Source: Octopus sinensis
Lineage: Eukaryota
DNA: 64,000 nt
Assembly (NCBI RefSeq): GCF_006345805.1
Contig: NC_042997.1
Span: 46,190,001 to 46,254,000 of the forward strand
Direction: 5' to 3'
Shown here piece by piece: positions 26,730 to 40,938 of this stretch (its first letter is position 1; each line of letters opens with the position of its first letter). A program made the translations under genes and the position numbers. The notes below the pieces were generated by a model that saw only the letters and a program-made list of their open reading frames with translations, was not told the DNA's origin and ran no database searches.

Positions 26730-28450
26730 AGCCGTGTATGTTGATCTCTTGCTAGACTTCCACTGTAGCAAGCAGAATCGAAGAATTCTCCCGTTCTGTG
26801 TGTCGGTACTGACGGTGAGAGGTAACAAGGGGCATATTAGTGGTAATTTTCAACCCAGATTTCCGTTGAAACCAGAGTTTCAGATTTTGATGAAGGTGCC
26901 AAGAAAAGATATTTCTATTCGTCATCGGTCGAGAAAACGTTTATGATTTCAAGTAAATCTATACACAACAACTTCCACCTCATGCTTTATATTTTAGAAT
27001 GGTCAACAAGTCTGACCTTGCAGAGAATCTGATTAACTTGTTGAGTGGACCATCACATACGTGACGGCTGCTCTCAGTGTTGTTAGTTCTTATGTTCTTA
27101 TCAAAGGCCGTTGGTGAGACTAAATAATTATTATACCACAACAATTTCTATTTTTGTTTGGTTTGGCAAGCGTGTATTTTGACAACCCTTTTGCCACTAA
27201 TGAGGAAAATTTAGATTTTAAAGGGTATTATTTTCAAACTGGGACGTAGGATGATGTTACCTAAATGATGTTGGACACCAAGGGCTTTACGTTGGTCGAC
27301 GCCGTTCTAAAGAAATACGAGATATTGGCAGGAGCAAAAATCAACCAGAACAATTATTGGGTTTGCAATTTGAATCTGAAGATTCAAGTTCTGGCTCTTT
27401 CTCTGTATCATTGAGTGGTCGAATGGCGAAACGGTTAATTTGCTTGAAGTTACTTTTGACTCTCACCTCTAGATATATAGAAACTGGGATGAGTTTATGA
27501 GCATGCTGTCAAGTCTCAGTCAGCAATGGGTTGAGAGGAAGCCATCCGTGAAAGGTCAGGCTAGGGTAAAGAACGCCTTCATAAATTGAGACATATTATG
27601 CTGCCGTACTGTCATACCTCGCTCGAGTTTTGGTCTTACGAGATAGGAGTGTTTATTCTGTTGATTCATATGGAGTGGATGCATTCTACTGATCAGGCAG
27701 TACATCTGCAGCTAATAGTCTTTTGTTGTGGTTCCATGATACTTTGACAAATGATAAGTTAAGAGCTGAGTCTGTGGTTAGTGAAAAGATTCATGGGCGG
27801 TCTGTACGCGTGCTCGCCTTTAGCATAATCCAATTTTGCGTTGACACTGCAGCTTTGGAATAAGAGAGAAACAACACTGGATGCCTCCTATCATGTCATT
27901 TGAAATGATTTTAGGCTTTCACAGTTCTCTATTAGCAATGCAGCCAAAAGGACCTCCATTTTAGCCTTCTATAGAGGACTAGTAGTGATCAACGAGGTTT
28001 TCATTAGGGAAGCTTCGATCGGACACTAGAATTAATTGGCTGTCATGTTCCTAATGAAATTCAGCCCCAGGTGACTTTTAATAAATCCTGACAGTGCTTC
28101 TAAAGGAATTACTTACCTGAAATAAATACTCAGCGTAGAAGTTATCCAAAATGAACATGTGGGTGACGAAACAAACATGGCTACATTCATCCACTGTCCA
28201 AATATTGCTGACATGTGGAATTATGTGGGGCAAATATTGTCGCATGTAAGATGATTGATATATCAAGCAATTTCATCATAAAGTTCGCTGCGCTGTAATC
28301 CTTTTACCAGGAAGGGCATGTGGTTCTCTCTGATTGGTGACTACGGCTAAAGAGTCTGTGTGTTGGAAGTGAATAAAAGGACTTTATCCTTTTCGATATT
28401 TTAGAATTCCACCTGGAAACAAAGGTGAGGGTGGAGAGAGAGGTACTATC
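26730..28450 (+). mobile_element. Highly decayed Tx1/L1-clade LINE (RT to C-terminus)
   Basis: NFHLMLYILE, KKYEILAGAKINQN and the C-terminal LEFHLETKVRVEREVL segment are homologous to the better copy at 47450-49040. Confidence 0.65.
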
Positions 28451-28789
28451 TTTCAGCAAAGGCTTCAAGAATTGTATGACTGACAGGAGTAACAACAGTA
28501 AGATTGAATATTTTCGCTCTCAGCATACGTCTGCAGACTGAACGACAAGAATACGGAAAGTGCATTTATTGTCGGTAGTAAGAGCAAGCTTAAAAATGTG
28601 GAAATTCCTGATAGGCACTAAATGGAGGTTAGCATTCCTACGAAGTACATAAAATTTCAATTCTGTGATTATTTCTTATCTCAATCATATTTAAATTCTT
28701 TTCAATTTCTGTGCAAACAATAGGCATTTCGTAACCTGTATCTGCAATGACCCCTTCTTCTTAAACTCTGGTAGGAAAAAAAAATGAAA

Positions 28790-28798
28790 TCGTCGTCG

Positions 28799-28867
<69 letters not shown>

Positions 28868-28875
28868 CCACCACC

Positions 28876-28948
<73 letters not shown>

Positions 28949-28960
28949 CCTTCATCATCG
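28790..28960. repeat. (CAT)n-(CAC)n microsatellite
   Basis: Directly visible. Confidence 0.97.
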
Positions 28961-29047
28961 GCGATTTCTCAGGACAGATGATGATGATGATACCTATGAT
29001 TGATGTTACTGTTGGTTGTTGCTGCTGCTGCTGTTGCTATTTTGTTA

Positions 29048-29268
29048 GGCGGCGAGCCTGGCAGAATCGTTAGCACACCAGGCGTAATGTTTAGGGGCAT
29101 TTCGTCCGTCTTCAAGTTCTGAGTTCAAATTCTGCCGAGGTCAACTTTGCCTTTCATCCTTTCAGGGTCGGTAAAATAAGTATTAGTTGAGCATTGGGGT
29201 CAATGCAATCGACTAGCTCCTTCAACCATACATTGCTGGCCTTGTGCGAAAATTAGAAAATATTGGTA
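29048..29268 (+). mobile_element. SINE family A
   Basis: ggcggcgagcctggcagaatcgttagcac...gagttcaaattctgccgaggtcaactttgcc. Confidence 0.9.
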
Positions 29269-29639
29269 TTATCATTTGTTGTAGACGTTCGTCATTTCTC
29301 TTCCCGAAGTTTTGATAAATTTTTGTTGAAACATATTTATTTTATGGAATTTTTTGTTAAACGTTTTGAATAAAGACACTTTCTTCACTGTGTTAAGACA
29401 GGGACTGCCAAATTGCGTTTTAAATTGCACAATTTTTGTATAATTTTATTTGCTGTCATGCACATTTTATCTCGTCTGGTTTTTCTCTGTTGCAATTTTG
29501 GCGTCAGGAAACCTACTATCAGATTCTGGAAAGCAGGAGAAGAAAGAACAATATCACTACCAACCTTTACACTCTCCTCTTCGTCATTCTAATACGACAG
29601 CTGCTCGCTCTCGGTGGCAGTAAGAAGCAGTTCATGCAG

Positions 29640-29985
29640 GAAAAACAACAGCAGTAACAGCAATGATAACAGCATCGATAACATTGGTAGAAACGTAGTT
29701 TTTAACAACGATAACAACGACGCAAGCAACAACAGACCCACTGCAACTACGATTGCAGCAACAGCAGCGAGGAGAGGAAGAAGGTGAAGAAGGTGAAGAA
29801 GGTGAAGAAGAAGAAGAAAAAGAAGAAGAAAAAGAAGAAAAAGAAAAGAAGAAGAAAAAGAAGAAGAAGAAGAAGAAGAAGAAGAAGAAGAAGAAGAAGA
29901 AGAAGAAGAAGAAGAAGAAGAAGAAGAAGAAGAAGAACAACAACAACAACAACAACAACAACACAACAACAACAACAACAACAAC
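29640..29985. repeat. Compound (CAA/CAG)-(GAAGAAGGT)-(AAG)n-(AAC)n tract
   Basis: Directly visible; produces the poly-K/E/R ORFs. Confidence 0.95.
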
Positions 29986-30019
29986 CGTGACAGCAGGAAC
30001 AACAATAAAAGCTGACGAT

Positions 30020-30450
30020 CATGGATATTTTGCAGAAATACCTGAGCTGGTAGCACTACCAGAGGGAATTGTCTGTTCGGGATAAACTATTTACACACAA
30101 GCCGATGTGCCCAGATCGACGAAGTCATCCTACACACACTCGTGCTGTGCTCGAGCATAGCTGACCTGTGGAGCTGTTTTGAACAGCTGCTATCAGCTGT
30201 GGAACGGACCTGGTTATCAGTCTACTCCGTTCTGAAAAGAAGGGCAGTTTTCCTTTCTAATGGCTATTGTGAAAAATGTTGAGAAGTGGACGCGACTGAA
30301 AGGACGGTAAACAGATGCGTAGCTTTTCCGTCAAGCCCTCAATGATCTTTCAACTGGAACTTGGAGAAGAAAGTAAGCGTGTAGAGTGAAATGCTATTCC
30401 CCAGTTAATTTTAAAAACGTAGGCGAATGTTGCGATCATGGCTCGAGAAA
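30020..30450 (+). mobile_element. Tx1/L1-clade LINE 3' fragment (zf-RVT region)
   Basis: LSW*HYQRELSVRDKL...RCAQIDEVILHTLVLCSSIADLWSCFEQLLS parallels LAWQCYTGSLPVRDKL...CPRCAQ at 47773..48012. Confidence 0.7.
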
Positions 30451-31320
30451 ATGGACTTACTCCAAGTCTGCGCCTACAAGCTGAAAATTATGGATGAGAA
30501 AACAGCACTTGCCATACTATTCCTTTTGAGCACTGTGTCTCAGGATACGTAGGTCTCTTCGTTGCTGCTGGGTTTCTCCCGACCCCATATTGAGGAAATT
30601 TTGTTGTTTGTAACATTTTGGGCATTTATTTGATTTATTCAAGTAATAACAAAAGTTGTCTAACACGCAAAGTAGAGGATATCGTGTGGCACCATCTGAA
30701 GCCATCTTCCAGCCAGATCTTGATCTCAAGCTGATCCCAGTCCTTGTCATTCGAGGCTAAGACATCCTTCACTGAACCTTCGATCTCTCATTTGTTGATA
30801 AAGCCTTGCGATCGGAGGAAGTGAGCCATGGATCGGTAAAAAGAGCAGCTGTTGGAAGAGTTCTTAGCATGATGGACAAAAATGCCTAGTGGAGTTTTTT
30901 TAGCATAACGTTCTTGGCAGAAATTCCTCCAGTGTAGACATTGCCTTTCATCATTTTGGGGCCCAAATGATGAGTACTGTCTGAGTACTGCATTATTATT
31001 TAGGCCCCGGCCTGGCGTGACCGAGGGGATATCAGAAAAATTGCTTTTCAGTATTTGATCCAGTAATTTGCGTTTTGAACTCACGGTCAATCGGGGTTAC
31101 CTTTGTCTGTCATAATTCTGGCTCGATAAAATAGAGTACCAGTCAAGAATTGCGGTCGATGATATCGACTAATCTTTCCCCTCGGATGTTCCTAGCTTTG
31201 TACCTCTATCAGAAACAATTATGTCTAATATTGTTGGCAGAATTTACAGCAGGCTTTGTCGTTGTAGTAGTAATGGTTGTATGTGTCATTGTTCTTATGT
31301 CAACATAACTGTTTCTATAT

Positions 31321-31396
<76 letters not shown>

Positions 31397-32144
31397 CACA
31401 CACACACATACATACATACATACATACATACATACATACATACATACATACATACATACATACGTACGTACATATGCTCGTATATATATATATAAATATG
31501 TAAACATATCTATAAAAATATCTATAAACATATATGTATTAGGCTATTTTTGCCTAATAGAAATTTTCCAGAAAATACGAGAATAAAAAAAAAAAAGAAT
31601 TAAATACACATATATTACATACACACACTAACACACTATACACCCACAGACAGACATGTGTGTGTGTGTCTGTGTGTGTATTTCAGTACGTACGTGTGTG
31701 TGTGTACACATGTATACGTATATGTATCTCTAAAAAGAAGTTTCTTTGCAAGTCAAACTAAAGCCAAGTGTTAATGGCATTGGTGTTGTATAAAATATTC
31801 AGCATAAGGTAGAGGGGGAGAGAGGAATGGGCTGACGAGGTAGAGAGAGAGAGCCGTCCATGGTGTGGCTGATGGAGTAGAAATACGGGAAGAAGACATC
31901 GTAAAACAGGCTAGAATGTTATACGAATTGTTGTTACAGAGGAACAAATGCATAGAGATACAGACATAGATAGATAGGAAAAGAAGGCGAATACTGTATG
32001 GATGTATGCATGTAGGTGTATGTATGCATGCATATATGCATATAAGTATGTGTGTCTTTCTGTCACTCAATATTCAATATCTGTACACCACACCTAACAC
32101 TCTATACATACATACATATATGTATGTGCATGTGTGTGTGTGTA

Positions 32145-32184
<40 letters not shown>

Positions 32185-32546
32185 TGTAAGTATGTATATC
32201 GTTCTGTCACTCTGTGTATACGTATGTATGTGTATATATATATATATAATATATATATGTATATATATATATATAATATATATATGTATATATATACATA
32301 CATTGTTATATTTCGGAATGGTCATATTGCCAGTTTAGCCAATAAAAACACACGCACTATATATTTGGTGTTATTTTGCTTCAGTGATATTTATTTTTTA
32401 CATTAATCTTAATCTTATTTCGGCCAAAGTTCTTTCGTCACACTCCTGTGACCGCATCAGTGGTCCTTTGTTTTCTTCTCACTTACTTGTGTCTCTCAAC
32501 AATATTTAAACGTATATACATACATATATATACATATGCATATATG

Positions 32547-32580
<34 letters not shown>

Positions 32581-32593
32581 CATGTATATATAT

Positions 32594-32635
<42 letters not shown>

Positions 32636-33083
32636 AATATATATATATACATGTATATATATATGTTCAGATAGAGACAGCAATTTTGTGCGAGTGAGAT
32701 GCAGAACATCAATGCAGACGGCGCCCATATTTCTACGTTTAGGTATTTATGTGTAAATGTATGTATGAATGAATGTATGAATGTGTGTATGTATGTATGT
32801 ATGTATGTATGAATGTGTGTATGTATGTATGTATGTATGTATGTACGTACGTAAGCATAATTTGAAATGGTTTGAAAAGATCTGAAAAGCTAAACCTTAC
32901 ATTTGAAATTATCAAAAAATGCTGTGCAAAGCACCATAAGTATGTACGTATGTATGAATGTTCGTATGTATGTATGTATGAATGTTCGTATGTATGTATG
33001 CATGTATGTATGTGCGTATGTATGTATGTATGTATGTATGTATGTATGTATGTATGTATGTATGTATGTACACAAGTATCTAC

Positions 33084-33151
<68 letters not shown>

Positions 33152-33218
33152 ACGTATGTATGTATATACGATTGTATGTATGCATATATGTATGTATGCA
33201 TGTACATGTGTATGTAAG

Positions 33219-33256
<38 letters not shown>

Positions 33257-34096
33257 ATGTGTGTGTATGAAGAAGTAAATGTATTAGGCCCTCTATTAGA
33301 AATTCTAGTCGTCTCTATAATCGTAATCGGCATGTCTTTGTTAGAATCCGAATTTCTACAGGTTAATTATGTTTGTCAGATTATATACAGCTAACACGAC
33401 ATCACCAATAGATGTAACAATATAGCAGACACACCATTCTTTCTTTACTCCAGCCCATCGCCATCCCCGCGCCCCCTTTCTCTGTCTTCTCTTCCCATTT
33501 TGATTCTGTCCGTTTTCTTTGTTTAGTCTTCCCTTTCTCTCGGAATATTTAAATACAGACTCACGACGCATGCACACACACGTACACACATACACATACA
33601 TACACACACACACACACACGTGCACACACACACACGCACGCACAGACACACACATAAGTATGCAAACATACATACAGACACATACACACAAAAGCATATA
33701 TATATATCGAAAGAAATAGTTACGTATGCAGGTTTACGTATATGTATGTGTGTGTGTGAATACATGCGCATCGATGTGGGTCTGTGTGCCTATGTGTCTA
33801 CACACACATACACACACACATATAAATATGTCTGTATATTCATAGACACACATATGTATATATCTACATACATATACATGTATATGTATAAGTGTATATG
33901 CATTTATGTATACATTTACATGAATATATACGCATATATATGCATATATGCACATATATACATATGTATTTGCATATATACGAAATATATATACATATAT
34001 ATTGTAGTAAATATATATATATATCTATATACATATACATATGCATATATATATATATATATATGTGTGTGCGTGTGTGTGTGTGTATGAATGTAT

Positions 34097-34157
<61 letters not shown>

Positions 34158-35030
34158 ATATAATATATGTGTGTGTATGAAGAAGTAAATGTATTAGGCC
34201 CTCTATTAGAAATTCTAGTCGTCTCTATAATCGTAATCGGCATGTCTTTGTTAGAATCCGAATTTCTACAGGTTAATTATGTTTGTCAGATTATATACAG
34301 CTAACACGACATCACCAATAGATGTAACAATATAGCAGACACACCATTCTTTCTTTACTCCAGCCCATCGCCATCCCCGCGCCCCCTTTCTCTGTCTTTC
34401 TCTTCCCATTTTGATTCTGTCCGTTTTCTTTGTTTAGTCTTCCCTTTCTCTCGGAATATTTAAATACAGACTCACGACGCATGCACACACACGTACACAC
34501 ATACACATACATACACACACACACACACACACGTGCACACACACACACGCACGCACAGACACACACATAAGTATGCAAACATACATACAGACACATACAC
34601 ACAAAAGCATATATATATATATATATATCGAAAGAAATAGTTACGTATGCAGGTTTACGTATATCTATGTGTGTGTGTGAATACATGCGCATCGATGTGG
34701 GTCTGTGTGCCTATGTGTCTACACACACATACACACACACACATATAAATATGTCTGTATATTCATAGACACACATATGTATATATCTACATACATATAC
34801 ATATATATGTATAAGTGTATATGCATTTATGTATACATTTACATGAATATATACGCATATATATGCATATATGCACATATATACATATGTATTTGCATAT
34901 ATACGAAATATATATACATATATATTGTAGTAAATATATATATATCTATATACATATACATATGCATATATATATTATATATATATATATGTGTGTGCGT
35001 GTGTGTGTGTGTATGAATGTATTTATATGT
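33257..35030. repeat. About 910-bp near-identical tandem duplication
   Basis: atgtgtgtgtatgaagaagtaaatgtattaggccctc starts at both 33257 and 34167. The unique parts are nearly identical, and differences are mainly in SSRs. Confidence 0.95.
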
Positions 35031-35121
35031 ATACATATATATATATATATATATATCTATATACATATATATTGTAGTAAATATATATATATCTATATAT
35101 ATATATATATATATATTATAT

Positions 35122-35184
<63 letters not shown>

Positions 35185-35964
35185 TGTATATATGTATATG
35201 TATGTATTCTGCCTTTACATCTTTTTTCCTCTCTGTCTCTCACCTCAACCTCTCTCTCTCTCTCTCTTTCTAATTTTAGAGTCTGGTATTTTCATTGTCT
35301 TCTCTTCCCCTCCTCTGAGGATATCTAATCACACCTACGCGCACGCGCATTAACAAACATATACATAGAACATCCCTGTGTGTGTATAAGCATATAATAT
35401 CGCTCATTCATTCATCCATTCATTCGTTCATTCGTTCATATATACTCCATTCTTTCGTTCATTCTAGCATTCATTCATTTAATCATATTCTTATCCCTTC
35501 ATGTATTCATTCTAAACGTCCCGCTTTCTGTTACTCAAACTTCTCTTTCTCTATCTTTCTTTCTCTGTCTGTCTGTCTGTCTCTCTTCATATACGTAGAT
35601 ACATACATATATTCTTTTATATTTTTAAGCGTTTCAACTTAATGGCTGTGGCCATACTGTAGCACCTCCAGCAGAATATCTGGCATACTTCACAAATTTG
35701 CGTGTCATCGTTGCGCAGGGGCAACGATGAACTCCGTATCGTTCCGAGTTTAGATTATGTACAGCCAAAGCTAGTCGACAATTTTCTTCCATAAAGCCTA
35801 CAGATGTTTGATCCAAAAATGCTTGTTCGCAGACAAGTTGACTTACATCTGTCCTTCCGGTATCTTTTAAAGGCAACTGACTGATATTATTTGGGAAATA
35901 CGATAAGTAAGAGGTTTGTAGCGGTATGAATATAGTTAATATAGAAGCGTATGAATGAATGTGT

Positions 35965-36115
35965 CGTTGAAAGTTCGGTCCGCAATGAAATGGTTGCCGG
36001 TTCAGTGTCCAATTGAGGTGTACCTGGGTATGTGTCATCTACCATATCCTCAAAGTCGCCAATGCCTAGTGTGTAGAAATGGCTGAAATAAACTATGCAG
36101 ATGCCTATTGGATAA
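35965..36115 (+). mobile_element. Degenerate SINE family B 5' half
   Basis: atggttgccggttcagtgtcca...cctgggtatgtgtcatctaccatatcc aligns to the family B head. Confidence 0.5.
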
Positions 36116-36638
36116 TAGTGTATAGATGGGCGTGTCTCTGTCTGTGCCTGTAATGTATAATATATCTATGCATTCATCTTAATATATATAATCCATTCTG
36201 TCTGTTTGTGCGCTTATAAATCGAGCATTGTTCATCCGATCGCGCTGAAATTTTAAACATGAATACATTGGAGAGCGGGGCGTTCTGTAATCTAAAAAGA
36301 TTTTCAAAATCGTTAGTTTCTCAGTGAGAATCACTATTTTTGTAATCTTTATATCCTGTTTATTCCGCCATTAAAACAACCATTTGCTCAGACAGCTAGC
36401 ACATGCCAACTCGCTTGCAACAAGGGGAGCACAGGATGACAGTCAGCCCAAACCGTCACTACGCTGTCTCTCTTCTTTCCTCTTTCTATGGGATTAATAA
36501 TCTTAATCTTTAGTTACAGTTTCTCATTCAAACTACATAATAGGCAGAATTGCCGGATTAAGTCAGGAGGGTGTGTTGATGGGGATTTGGCTGCTATTTC
36601 TAACAGGTCTTATGTCTGTATTGTTATGTGAGATATTG

Positions 36639-38127
36639 TCCTATATATTATATACTCCTAATGCTTTCCAAAACCAAGTTAAAGATTTTGACGTATGGGG
36701 TATCAAAATATTCAGTACTATTTTGGCTACAAATTAAAATAAATTTCCATTCACATATTTGCATTTCAAAACTTTAACATAATCTTTACCATAAATCAAC
36801 TATTGTAAAAATTTTCCTGACGTCACATTTTCCATATCTATGTGTACCTCAAAAGACATCAATCATCACGACGTACACCTACACTCACTCTATCTCTTTC
36901 TCACATACACACGCGCAAGCACGCACGCACACACACACACATACGCACACACACATACACACACACACATGCACACACACACATCCATTTCATATAGACA
37001 CACATAATCTTTCAATTTCTTTCTCTGTTCTTTTCGCTTTCTCTTCTTTCAATTTCTGCTCTCTTCAAATAAAATGTTTACGGATATGACTACTTATTAA
37101 AATAGGGATTAATGCATAATTTCTTTCTACGTTCATAATTTTTTGTTTACAATATTGAGAAAATATGCCACCAAAGAAAAGAGGTCATCTCTCCAGAAAC
37201 AATTATAAAGCAAGGAGGAATGTAGAAAACCGAAGGCGCGAGTCTGAAGAGAGAAGCTAGATGAGATTTTCTCAAGATCAGCAAATGCATGTTGCAGCAC
37301 TTAATACTGGATCATCAAATCAATGTTTTAATGATTAGACAGAGGTTCAATAGAATAGCTCTGAGAAACAGACTACGTATAAATTCGTTCTTCACACCTT
37401 CTGAAGTTGTTTTCAGATATGATCCATTCCATTCTGATAAAATTAATAACTCTCTCCAAATTGGTGTGCTAAACACAAATTGTGTTTTCTGTAAAGCTTT
37501 AAAATTTTCAAATGAAACAAATAGGGTGTGCTGCTCAAGCGGCCAGGTAACATTCCCAGCACTACCAGCTCCTTCTCAACGTCTTATGGATCTTCTAGAA
37601 GCTATTTCCATCCAGTCAAAGGATTCTCCGAGCAATATCAGACAATACAACATTGCAAATGACATCGTTTAGTGCATCTAAGAAGATAGATAAACATGAA
37701 TTTACGACGACGTCAAAGTTCAAGGGCAAGTCCATCACCTCATTGGTTCCCTGTTACCCACAAAGGAACAACCACAGTTTCTCCAAATTTACTATATGAG
37801 TGATGTAGGACAACAAACCCGAAGGAGGTGTCAACATTTCAGATGATTGGTCGTGTTAGACACTGCGCCAACTGCTACAAAAGAGAGTATATCCACTGAC
37901 AGCTTCTCGGTGCTTTCAAAAATCACATAACCTCCACAGGTTGGGGTCTGAAATACTCCAAACGGACGCATAGCATGTTGCTTAGTCAAATTAACCCACC
38001 ATTTAATCCACAAATGTTTTGTTGTCAATGCTGCACTTTCCCATATCACCTTTTTCAACATAACTGTAATATATTATAAACAAACTATGCCATTTTAATC
38101 CCAAGCAACGCCAGGTACCTCTGCGAG
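36639..38127 (+). mobile_element. Non-autonomous Helitron with Rep N-terminal remnant
   Basis: CVFCKALKFSNETNRVCCSSGQVTFPALPAP...NIRQYN and VQGQVHHLIGSLLPTKEQPQFLQIYY are Helitron Rep motifs. The 3' end cccaagcaacgccagg...ctgcgag|t is a degenerate hairpin plus CTAG-like terminus. A putative 5' TC lies at 36639. Confidence 0.85.
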
Positions 38128-38220
38128 TGTATATATGTGTGTATATATATATACATATATACATACATGCATATATTACATACATACACACACATGCATA
38201 CACACACACATACTCACACA

Positions 38221-38273
<53 letters not shown>

Positions 38274-38304
38274 GTATGTATATATGTGTGTGTGTAAGTG
38301 AACT

Positions 38305-38915
38305 GCTGTACCGACTTCAGTTCCGTTTCGGTAATGTTGATATAGGGAATCCTGTACTCTTCCTGAGGAGCTGGTTGGTGTAGGACTTCAATGAGTTTGA
38401 CTTTCCCCTTTGTTTTTGTATAATGTCATAATGAAAACGTTATGGAGATCTTGTGACAGCTTGCACTGTTCCCATCATCATGGAGTTCAGCGTGTATGAC
38501 AGAACGCTTATGCTTCCATATCTCTGATGGTAAGCCATCGTATCCTGCTGCCTTTCTGCTTTTCAGCTAGCCTTTGACTACTGTGGTTTCTCACCTAGGG
38601 TTGGACGCTCATATAATTCCACTCTGACTGGTTGCTGCTGGATGTGAAGGATTCCATTTTCCAGGACAAATCGATTTGCACTGAAGTGGGCTGGAAATAT
38701 TCAGACCAGTGTGAGAAGTGTCTGGCCATCTGAGCTGCGCAGGGACTCCGAACTTCATCTGCTGGGCCGTAGACTACTTTGAGAGCTCCATAGAACCCCC
38801 TGCAGTCGCCAGAGTCAGCGTACATCTGAGTTCTCCGTGCGAGGTTGGTCCACCACTCATTGTGAATTTCACGGAGTTTGCCGCTTTCTTCTCTTGGCAG
38901 GTCGGTTGTGCCAGG
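38305..38915 (-). mobile_element. RTE (BovB-like) LINE internal fragment
   Basis: EWWTNLARRTQMYADSGDCRGFYGALKVVYGP...HWSEYFQ...KSRKAAGYDGLPSEIWKH...LYKNKG. Confidence 0.85.
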
Positions 38916-38997
38916 TGAGAGTGTATAGAGGCAGTTATGCGGATAAACAAATTAGATACATAAAATATATTAGATATATTTCCTACAGCATGTACAT

Positions 38998-39005
38998 ATC
39001 TATCA

Positions 39006-39057
<52 letters not shown>

Positions 39058-39072
39058 CTATCTATCTATCTA

Positions 39073-39105
<33 letters not shown>

Positions 39106-39134
39106 CTATCTATCTATCTCTATCTATCTATCTG

Positions 39135-39209
<75 letters not shown>

Positions 39210-39245
39210 CACTCTCCCCCCTCTCTCTCTGTATATATATATATC
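38998..39245. repeat. (TATC)n microsatellite
   Basis: Directly visible. Confidence 0.95.
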
Positions 39246-40938
39246 TTCTTCATATATCTTCTGTTTCATACCCTAACTATTACATTTAATATATTTAATA
39301 TATTTAATTTGTCTAATTTATTTATCCTCATAATTGCCTCTATACACACACACACACACAACACACACATACATCCACATATATATATCTATATATGTGA
39401 GTGTGTGAGTGTATCTGTGTGCATGCGTGCGTGCGTGCGCACGCGTGTATGTGGCATTAGGTTTAGAAGCGATGCACGTTACTTGAATTTTCTATATAGT
39501 TGAATCGAAGCATTCCAAAACCTTGTTATAGTATATGTGAGGATGAAGTAAGGAGTGGGTAGCTTGTAGTGACAAGAGGTAGTATATATGTATTAGAATG
39601 ACGCTAAACCAAATAATGATATTTTGAATGAACTTAATGCGTACGTTTCAGATAATTTTCGCAATTATCTGAAACGTACGCATTACAGAGGCTTTCAAAA
39701 TATCATTACTTGGTTTGACTTCATAAATAAACATGTGTTTGTGTGTGTGTGTGTTTGTATGTATGTGTGTGCGTGCGTGCGTGAACGTGCGTGTGTGTAT
39801 GAGTGTGTGCATATGCGTAGTGTGTGCATGTGTATGTGTGTATGTGTGTGTGCGTGCATGTCTGCATGTGTACGTTGTATGCACACATGCATATGTAATG
39901 AGTTGTCCACAGAATTTCCATAATTATGAAAAACATTTACTAATTTTTAGGGGATAAAGTAGGTAAATAATTTATACAGCATTATATATTTAGCTTCATA
40001 ACAGCCGGTGCATGTTACCAAAGGGTTTCATGATATAATTGAATTGTCGGTAAAGTAAATGAACAGTCTTCTGGGATAGCTGAACGGGTGCACCTAATAT
40101 AATCGTTAAAAAAAAAGCAAATTATTTTTACAGAATATCTGAATATATCTCACCCAGTTTACGAGTCTCTGCAATAGTTGAAAAAGAAAAACAAGATAAA
40201 CTAAGAGAAAATCACAGCCAAAATATTTAAGAAAAAAACTGGCTCTATGAGAGTTATGGCTCTTAAACTGATCCGTTTTGAACATTTTCCTGCATGCTAG
40301 GGCTGAAGTGTAAACTGTAGACTAATTTTAGGTATATACGATTGTAAATTGAAAAATGTAGTATAAATAAAGGAGAGTATGAAGAAAAAAGAAAAAAAAA
40401 GATTTTAAGACATGCGTGGGCGTGTAAATGAATAGGCGTACGTAAGCACTGATCATGGTGGAAATAAATCAGGATTTATGATGTGGAAACCTGTAATGTA
40501 ACAAGAGCCAACACTTACTGCTAGAAATGAAACGACCAGCTGGCTAATATATATATATTCATGGTCATGAGGACAACGGAAAATATTTTACGTTTACTGT
40601 TCAGGCATCTCCTTGAGGAGAGGAATTGAGGAAATTCTTCGATATAATACTTTTCTCCACTGAACCATGTCTGCATCGTCTGCTGCTGTCCGGCTAAAGT
40701 ATGCACATTTCCAATAGTTCCCAGTTGTTCTTATATAGTAAAGGGCTTTTTTGCAATGGTCATGTCTACCTGGCCTATATTGTGAGGTAACATCTTCTAA
40801 ATGAGAACTTGTGATTGTGGGTTTGGTTTTGAAAGGACCTTGTTTCACCCACATAGCTCATTCTTAGGGTATTTTTTCGATGTTGTTGTTGTTGTTGTTG
40901 TTCTTCTTCTTCTTATTATTATTATTACTATTATTATT

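Noticed and set aside
29753-30085. Poly-E/K/N/T ORF resembling an acidic/basic protein
   Set aside because: It is an AAG/AAC microsatellite running into a Tx1 fragment.
32872-35328. Many YI/CV/HT-rich ORFs here and throughout the window
   Set aside because: They are translations of TA, CA, TACA and TATC repeats.
40594-40854. 86-aa minus-strand ORF MWVKQGPF...
   Set aside because: No recognisable domain or splice context; the length is compatible with chance.
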